A DNA stretch of 64,000 nucleotides, taken from NCBI GenBank assembly GCA_964642015.1, contig CAZXLF010000001.1, positions 368,168 to 432,167 of the forward strand, read 5' to 3'. The position numbers and the translations under genes are program-made. The DNA comes from an uncultured Planctomycetia bacterium. GTDB taxonomy: Bacteria; Omnitrophota; Gorgyraeia; 2-02-FULL-51-18. Under the pieces are notes generated by a model, which worked only from the letters and a program-made list of their open reading frames with translations, had not been told where the DNA came from and did not search any database. This document shows, in pieces, positions 58,873 through 64,000 of the stretch. Each line of letters opens with the position of its first letter. The stretch's first letter is position 1.

Positions 58873-59898
58873 ATGACATTCTCATTCATTAGAGCTTTAT
58901 TTATTTTGTTAAGCACTGTAGTTGGATTTCAGCTTGGAAGCGCATTCCAAGGCATCGGAAGCTCAGGAAGTTTGATCGGCGCCGGTGTCGGCGCCGGTGT
59001 TGCGCTTGTTGTGATCGGAATAGAACAGACCATCGGTAAAGTATCCATGCGCGGCTTATCCGCAGCGGTTTTTGGCTTGATCCTTGCGTTTATCGTTTCC
59101 AAGTTTTTGTCCAGCGCCATTGATCTTGTGCCGGAGCTAGGAATAGAGGCTGCTTCGGTTATCAAGCTTGTTATCGTTTTAGTGCTGTCGTATGTCGGTA
59201 TGGTCTTTTCAATGAGAGGCAGGGATGAATTCAACATCATCATTCCTTATGTGAAATTTGAACGGCAGGATCAAAAAGATAATGTTCTGCTTCTGGATAC
59301 CAGCGTTATCATTGACGGCAGGATCCTGGATATATGCCAAACAAAATTTGTCGAAGGGCGGTTTGTCGTGCCGAAATTCGTACTGAAAGAGCTTCAGCAA
59401 GTAGCCGATTCACAAGACGCCTTAAAACGTAACCGCGGCCGCCGTGGTTTGGATATTTTGAATAAATTAAAAAAAACCCCCAGTGTCAGCGTCAGGATCC
59501 ATGAGGAAGATTTTCCGGAAATATCATCGGTAGACGAAAAACTTGTCAAGCTCGCTAAACTGCTCGGCGCGGAAGTCTTGACGACAGATTTTAATTTAAA
59601 TAAAGTGGCCGAGTTCCAGGGCGTTACGATATTGAATATCAACGACCTGGCCAATGCGCTTCGTCCGGTGGTTTTGCCGGGTGAGATGCTTGAGGTAAAG
59701 CTTATCAAAGAGGGCAAGGAACATAATCAAGCCATTGGGTATCTGAATGATGGAACAATGGTGGTAGTGGACAACGCCAGGCGTGTCATGGGAAACACCC
59801 AGCGTGTTGTTGTCACTTCTGTTCTGCAGACAGCAGCTGGCCGCATGATCTTCGGGCGGCTTGAATCTGACAAACCGGAAGGTAAACAGACGGAATGA
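58873..59898 (+). CDS. yacL: YacL-like membrane protein with PIN and TRAM domains
   Basis: Four TM helices, a PIN domain (LLLDTSVIIDGRI…) and a C-terminal TRAM barrel. The position upstream of ispD-ispF mirrors B. subtilis yacL. Confidence 0.75.
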   Translation: MTFSFIRALFILLSTVVGFQLGSAFQGIGSSGSLIGAGVGAGVALVVIGIEQTIGKVSMRGLSAAVFGLILAFIVSKFLSSAIDLVPELGIEAASVIKLVIVLVLSYVGMVFSMRGRDEFNIIIPYVKFERQDQKDNVLLLDTSVIIDGRILDICQTKFVEGRFVVPKFVLKELQQVADSQDALKRNRGRRGLDILNKLKKTPSVSVRIHEEDFPEISSVDEKLVKLAKLLGAEVLTTDFNLNKVAEFQGVTILNINDLANALRPVVLPGEMLEVKLIKEGKEHNQAIGYLNDGTMVVVDNARRVMGNTQRVVVTSVLQTAAGRMIFGRLESDKPEGKQTE

Positions 59899-60572
59899 AG
59901 ATAGCCGCTGTTATCCCTGCGGCAGGGCAAGGCAAGCGGCTTGGGTCTAAAATGCCGAAAGCGCTTGTGCCTATATTGGGCAGGCCTCTTTTAGTGCATA
60001 CGCTTACGAATCTTAAGGGATCGTTTCGATTTCATGAAATGATCGTTGCGGTCCCGGCGCAGCAGATTAAGAATTTTAAGGAGACCTTGAAGCGTCATAA
60101 ACTGGGTGGCGTGCATGTGATCGCGGGAGGTCTTACACGAGCCGGATCAGTGAAAAACGGGCTCAAGAATGTTTCAAAAAACTGTGAATGGGTGCTTATT
60201 CATGACGCAGCGAGACCGTTAGTGAGCAGTCGCTTGGTTCAAAATTTGATCCGTTCCGCAAAAAAGACCGGCGCGGCGATCGTCGCGATGCCGGTAACTT
60301 CGACCGTCAAGAGAGTGAAGCGAAGCAGAATTTTAAAAACTGAAGACCGTGGCTCTTTGTATTTGGCGCAAACTCCGCAGCTTTTCAGAAAAAAATTGCT
60401 TGTCAGTAGGTATCGCGCTTTGCGGTCCGAAGCATTTTTAGCGACGGATGAAGCCGCATTGTTCGATCGTTCGAGAATAAAAGTCATGGTCACTGTTGGT
60501 GATCAGAGAAATATTAAGATAACAACTCCGCAAGATATTGATCTTTTTAAATTTTATATGGGAAAGAAGTAA
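59895..60572 (+). CDS. ispD: 2-C-methyl-D-erythritol 4-phosphate cytidylyltransferase
   Basis: AVIPAAGQGKRLG… nucleotidyltransferase motif. Confidence 0.9.
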   Translation: MKIAAVIPAAGQGKRLGSKMPKALVPILGRPLLVHTLTNLKGSFRFHEMIVAVPAQQIKNFKETLKRHKLGGVHVIAGGLTRAGSVKNGLKNVSKNCEWVLIHDAARPLVSSRLVQNLIRSAKKTGAAIVAMPVTSTVKRVKRSRILKTEDRGSLYLAQTPQLFRKKLLVSRYRALRSEAFLATDEAALFDRSRIKVMVTVGDQRNIKITTPQDIDLFKFYMGKK

Positions 60573-60575
60573 ATT

Positions 60576-61052
60576 TTGATGCGCGTCGGATTGGGTTATG
60601 ACATTCATGCGTTGAAAAAGGGCCGCAAGCTTACTTTGGGAGGAATCCATATACCTTATCCGAAGGGTCTTGTCGGGCATTCTGACGGCGATGCAGCGCT
60701 TCACGCAATTGTTGACGCAGTGATTGGCGCTATGGGTGAAGGCGATATCGGCGAGCATTTTTCGGACAAAGATGCTCGGTATAAAAACGCTGACAGCGCG
60801 GTGTTCGTCGAAAAGGTCAGCGCGATCTTGAAAAGAAAGAAAATGAAGATTGGTAACATCGACCTGACGGTGATCGCCGAAGGGCCGAAGCTTTATCCAT
60901 ATAAAATGAAGATGGCAAAAAAAATATCCGATCTTTTTGGGATCTTAGCTTCTCAAGTTAATGTAAAAGCCAAGACCAATGAGGGTTTTGGCCCGATAGG
61001 GCAAAAAAAAGCGGTCGCTTGTTTTTCCGTAGTTAATCTTATTAAAGGATGA
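60576..61052 (+). CDS. ispF: 2-C-methyl-D-erythritol 2,4-cyclodiphosphate synthase
   Basis: MRVGLGYDIHAL…GHSDGDAALHA… is diagnostic. Confidence 0.95.
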   Translation: MMRVGLGYDIHALKKGRKLTLGGIHIPYPKGLVGHSDGDAALHAIVDAVIGAMGEGDIGEHFSDKDARYKNADSAVFVEKVSAILKRKKMKIGNIDLTVIAEGPKLYPYKMKMAKKISDLFGILASQVNVKAKTNEGFGPIGQKKAVACFSVVNLIKG

Positions 61053-61795
61053 TTCCCATGGTTTTTCTTCAGCAAGTAGCGGTCATAATTTTCGCGCTTG
61101 TCGTCTTTAAAGTCTTTGTTTACAAAGTCTTTTTTAGAGATGAGATCAAGGCGACGCTTGAGCGCGATCCTGCCGCGACAAGCGAAATGGTGGTTATTCT
61201 CACTTATCCGGGGCTTCATGCGCTTTTTTATCATCGTGTTGCGCACACACTTTATGAATGGAAGGTGCCATTTTTTCCTCGTTTGGTGTCGCAGCTTGGG
61301 AGATGGCTCACAGGGATCGAGATCCACGCTGGTGCTACAATCGGGAAAGGATTGTTCATCGATCATGGGATGGGTGTTGTTGTCGGTGAAACAGCGGTTA
61401 TTGGTGATAATGTGACTTTGTTTCAGGGTGTTACGCTCGGCGGCACCGGAAAACAGAAGGGCAAGCGCCACCCGACGCTTGGGAAAAACGTCGTTGTTGG
61501 CGCCGGCGCTTGCGTTTTGGGCGATATTCATGTTGGTGACAATGTGAGCATAGGAGCAAACGCGGTCGTGGTGAGGGATGTGCCTTCCAATTCAACAGTG
61601 GTCGGCGTGCCGGGCCGGATCGCAAGCCGTGAAGGCAAAAAAATCCCCGGCATTAATCTGGATCACACGAGTCTACCGGACCCGTTGACGCAGGCACTTT
61701 CAAAGCTTCAGCACGAGATCGATAAGATCGAGAATGAATTGAAAGATTTCGGCGTTTCAGGTAAAGACAAAGAGCATAAAGAGCACAAAAAGTAA
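61049..61795 (+). CDS. cysE: serine O-acetyltransferase
   Basis: SAT N-terminal helical region (…ERDPAATS…YPGLHALFYHRVAH…) and a left-handed beta-helix with hexapeptide repeats. The true start may lie a few codons downstream. Confidence 0.85.
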   Translation: MIPMVFLQQVAVIIFALVVFKVFVYKVFFRDEIKATLERDPAATSEMVVILTYPGLHALFYHRVAHTLYEWKVPFFPRLVSQLGRWLTGIEIHAGATIGKGLFIDHGMGVVVGETAVIGDNVTLFQGVTLGGTGKQKGKRHPTLGKNVVVGAGACVLGDIHVGDNVSIGANAVVVRDVPSNSTVVGVPGRIASREGKKIPGINLDHTSLPDPLTQALSKLQHEIDKIENELKDFGVSGKDKEHKEHKK

Positions 61796-61815
61796 TTCAT
61801 TTTTCAAGAAGACCA

Positions 61816-61868
61816 GCCTCTTCTCGGCCTTGTAGCAGTAAAAAGCCCCGAAGAGGCAAATCTTTTTA
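61816..61868 (+). terminator. putative intrinsic terminator after cysE (8-bp stem GCCTCTTC…GAAGAGGC plus AAATCTTTTT)
   Basis: Inverted repeat read directly. The loop is unusually long at about 26 nt. A T-rich tract follows. A possible TATAAT lies about 12 nt before the cysS ATG. Confidence 0.4.
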
Positions 61869-61899
61869 ATCAATACCAAATAGCATATAATATCCGCTT

Positions 61900-63339
61900 A
61901 TGGCGCTGAAAATTTATAACTCATTAACGAAGCAAAAAGAAGAATTCAAGCCCCTGAAAGAGGGTGAGGTCAAGATGTACGTCTGCGGCCCGACGGTTTA
62001 CGATGAGCCGCATATCGGACATTTGCGTTCTGCTTATGTATTTGACGTGATGAGGCGATACCTTGAATACAGCGGTTATAAGGTGACTTTTGTCCGCAAT
62101 GTCACCGATGTGGATGACAAGATCATCGAAAAAGCGCGGCAGAATGAGCCCGCCGATCTTTTGGCTGAGGTCAAAAGCGTTTCGGAGAAATATTTCCTGG
62201 CTTACAAAGCGGACCTTAAGGCGCTTGGTATCCAGGAGCCGACGAAAGAACCCAAAGCGACCGAGCACATCAAGGATATGATCTGGCTGATCGAGCGGCT
62301 TTTGAAAAACGGTTTTGCTTATGAAAGTCAGAGCGATGTTTATTTTGATGTGAACGCCTTCAAGCTCTATGGAAAACTTTCTCATCAGAAAAAAGATGAG
62401 ATGCTTGAACATGCGCGTATCGACCCTAATGAAAAAAAGAGAAATCCTCTGGATTTTGCCTTATGGAAAAAAGCGAAAGAGGGAGAACCTTTTTGGGAAA
62501 GCCCTTGGGGAAAAGGCCGGCCGGGCTGGCACATTGAATGTTCGGCAATGAGCATGAAATATCTGGGAGAAACTTTTGATATTCACGGCGGCGGGCGCGA
62601 CTTGATCTTTCCGCATCATGAAAATGAGATCGCGCAGAGCGAGGGCGTGACCAGCTCGCCGTTCGCGCGTTATTGGGTGCATCATGGATTGGTTACTATC
62701 AATCATCAAAAAATGTCCAAATCTTTGAATAACTTTGTTACTTTGAAGAGTCTAATTGAGGAAAAAAAGCAAACATGGTCAAGAGAGTTGAAATTTCTTT
62801 TTGTTAGTACACATTATAATTCGCCCCTCGATTTTTCGGATGCTTCAATGCTAGACGCTTATAGGCAATGGGCAAGATTTTCAAATTTTTTTATCGAATG
62901 TGGAAACGCCCCTATATCCGACAAATTCATATCTACTGATATTTTCAAGCGTTTTGATACTTTATTCCGTAACGCAATGGATGATGATTTTAATACTCCA
63001 AATGCATTAGCAGCTATGCACGAAGTAATTGATATTGCCCGAAAATCAGATACAACAACTAAGTATATTGCGAGAGAATTTTTATTTAGATGCAGTAAAG
63101 TATTAGGGGGATTATTTGAATGGTCCGAACTTGAACATTATTTAACTCATAGAATTGAAGAGGATGGTGGCATTTCTTTTGAAGAACCCAAAATAATGTT
63201 TTTAATCAAACAACGCGAGGAAGCTAGAAAGAATAAAAATTTTAAATTAGCGGATGATATAAGAAAAGAACTTCTTGAGAAGTATAAAATTGAATTAGTT
63301 GAAACAAAGAATGGAACAGTTTGGAAATGGGTAATATGA
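61900..63339 (+). CDS. cysS: cysteinyl-tRNA synthetase
   Basis: HIGH (…PHIGH…), KMSKS, zinc-binding Cys residues, and a conserved C-terminal domain (…DDFNTPNALAAM…). Confidence 0.95.
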   Translation: MALKIYNSLTKQKEEFKPLKEGEVKMYVCGPTVYDEPHIGHLRSAYVFDVMRRYLEYSGYKVTFVRNVTDVDDKIIEKARQNEPADLLAEVKSVSEKYFLAYKADLKALGIQEPTKEPKATEHIKDMIWLIERLLKNGFAYESQSDVYFDVNAFKLYGKLSHQKKDEMLEHARIDPNEKKRNPLDFALWKKAKEGEPFWESPWGKGRPGWHIECSAMSMKYLGETFDIHGGGRDLIFPHHENEIAQSEGVTSSPFARYWVHHGLVTINHQKMSKSLNNFVTLKSLIEEKKQTWSRELKFLFVSTHYNSPLDFSDASMLDAYRQWARFSNFFIECGNAPISDKFISTDIFKRFDTLFRNAMDDDFNTPNALAAMHEVIDIARKSDTTTKYIAREFLFRCSKVLGGLFEWSELEHYLTHRIEEDGGISFEEPKIMFLIKQREEARKNKNFKLADDIRKELLEKYKIELVETKNGTVWKWVI

Positions 63340-63968
63340 AAACTACAAAAGGAATTCTAATTACTCTGGAAGGCGGAGAAGGCTGCGGAAAGTCAACGCA
63401 GATCAAACTGCTCAACGACTATCTTAAAAAAGAGGGCTATATCGTTTATGTGACTCGTGAGCCTGGTGGTACTCCAATAGGAAACAAGATCCGGCAGATA
63501 CTTTTGGACGGCAAAAATAAAAAAATGTCGGCAATCACTGAAACGCTTCTGTACATGGCTTCAAGGGCTCAATTAATCGAAGAAGTCATAAAAAAGAAAC
63601 TCAAAGAAGGCAAAATAGTGCTTTGCGACCGATGGCTTGATGCAACGCTGGCCTATCAGGGATACGGAGCCGGTGTTGATATTAAGTGGATACGCGAACT
63701 TGGGCGAATTGTCACAGCCGGAGTAGAGTCGAAAGTAACTGTTTTCATGGATCTACCGGTCCGTGTAGGTTTAGCGCGCGCTACCAGCTTTAAGAAGGCC
63801 GATCGGATGGAGCAGAAAAAAGTTTTGTTCCACGAAAAGGTTCATGCGGGCTATATCGCGATCGCCCGACGTGAACCCCGAAGGGTGCGGCATCTGAAAA
63901 TAAAAAAAGAAGATACGATCCAAGATGTGCATAAAAAGATCAGGGCGATAATCAAAAATGTCATTTAA
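63336..63968 (+). CDS. tmk: thymidylate kinase
   Basis: P-loop LEGGEGCGKSTQ, a DRW/Y motif and a lid region. The ATG overlaps the cysS stop (ATGA). Confidence 0.9.
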   Translation: MKTTKGILITLEGGEGCGKSTQIKLLNDYLKKEGYIVYVTREPGGTPIGNKIRQILLDGKNKKMSAITETLLYMASRAQLIEEVIKKKLKEGKIVLCDRWLDATLAYQGYGAGVDIKWIRELGRIVTAGVESKVTVFMDLPVRVGLARATSFKKADRMEQKKVLFHEKVHAGYIAIARREPRRVRHLKIKKEDTIQDVHKKIRAIIKNVI

Positions 63969-63981
63969 AAAAATAAAAGAT

Positions 63982-64000
63982 CAGCCGCTTGTGGCGGCTG
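63982..64000. terminator. GC-rich hairpin (CAGCCGC-uugug-GCGGCUG) after tmk, cut by the window edge
   Basis: Perfect 7-bp stem read directly. An A-rich tract upstream means it would be T-rich on the minus strand. The + strand T-tract, if any, lies outside the window. Confidence 0.35.

Noticed and set aside
60953-61531. 192-aa minus-strand ORF
   Set aside because: It is antisense to ispF/cysE, both strongly supported.
1-64000. Looked for CRISPR arrays, IS elements or transposases, integrases, phage genes, toxin-antitoxin pairs and known defence-system signatures
   Set aside because: No direct-repeat/spacer arrays, no transposase, integrase or recombinase-like ORFs, and no att-like flanking repeats around tRNAs. 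Gene content is housekeeping with conserved synteny, so I do not claim a novel defence or mobile system here.

Overview
This is a dense, almost entirely plus-strand stretch of core bacterial chromosome at roughly 45% GC. From the protein sequences it comes from a diderm organism, because it encodes an LptE-like protein, a BamD-like protein, LolCDE, MlaEFD and a TonB system. Contents in order:
- 1-2981: a 5'-truncated TPR protein followed by exbB, exbD, a tonB-family gene and a small membrane zinc-ribbon ORF.
- 3095-5728: a small winged-helix (wHTH) gene, cutA, tRNA-Ala(CGC) on the minus strand, rsmE, a secreted repeat protein and cvpA.
- 5725-9500: dnaG, rpoD and a tRNA-Met(CAU)/tRNA-Val(CAC) pair.
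- 9544-11009: a COG1579 zinc-ribbon gene, rnhA and RNase P RNA (type A).
- 11071-13056: a small secreted protein, a two-PDZ protein and a membrane protein with only a HAMP domain.
- 13225-29794: a complete dcw cluster headed by a consensus promoter: mraZ, a small ORF, rsmH, ftsL, ftsI, murE, murF, mraY, murD, ftsW, murG, a murC-murB fusion, ddl, ftsQ and a short ftsA. No ftsZ follows.
- 29816-33708: a riboflavin operon with nusB embedded (ribBA, ribH, nusB, ribD, ribE).
- 33770-39630: a BamD-like gene, an LptE-like gene, holA, rpsT (minus strand), murJ and uvrC.
- 39632-41179: a TPR protein with a roughly 230-aa K/E-rich helical spacer.
- 41260-50976: prfB with the canonical +1 frameshift site, secA, lnt, lysS, lolC/E, lolD and ilvE.
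- 50963-55044: mcsA, mcsB and clpC.
- 55079-58827: a 480-aa hypothetical followed by mlaE, mlaF and mlaD.
- 58873-63968: a yacL-like PIN/TRAM gene, ispD, ispF, cysE, cysS and tmk.
I found no mobile elements, CRISPR arrays, rRNA genes or recognisable defence systems. The window looks like ordinary housekeeping genome. The items worth a second look are architectural (a gene fusion, unusual synteny, recoding, a sharp compositional break inside cysS) and a few uncharacterised small or periplasmic proteins. All coordinates for non-coding elements were counted by hand and may be off by 1-2 nt.
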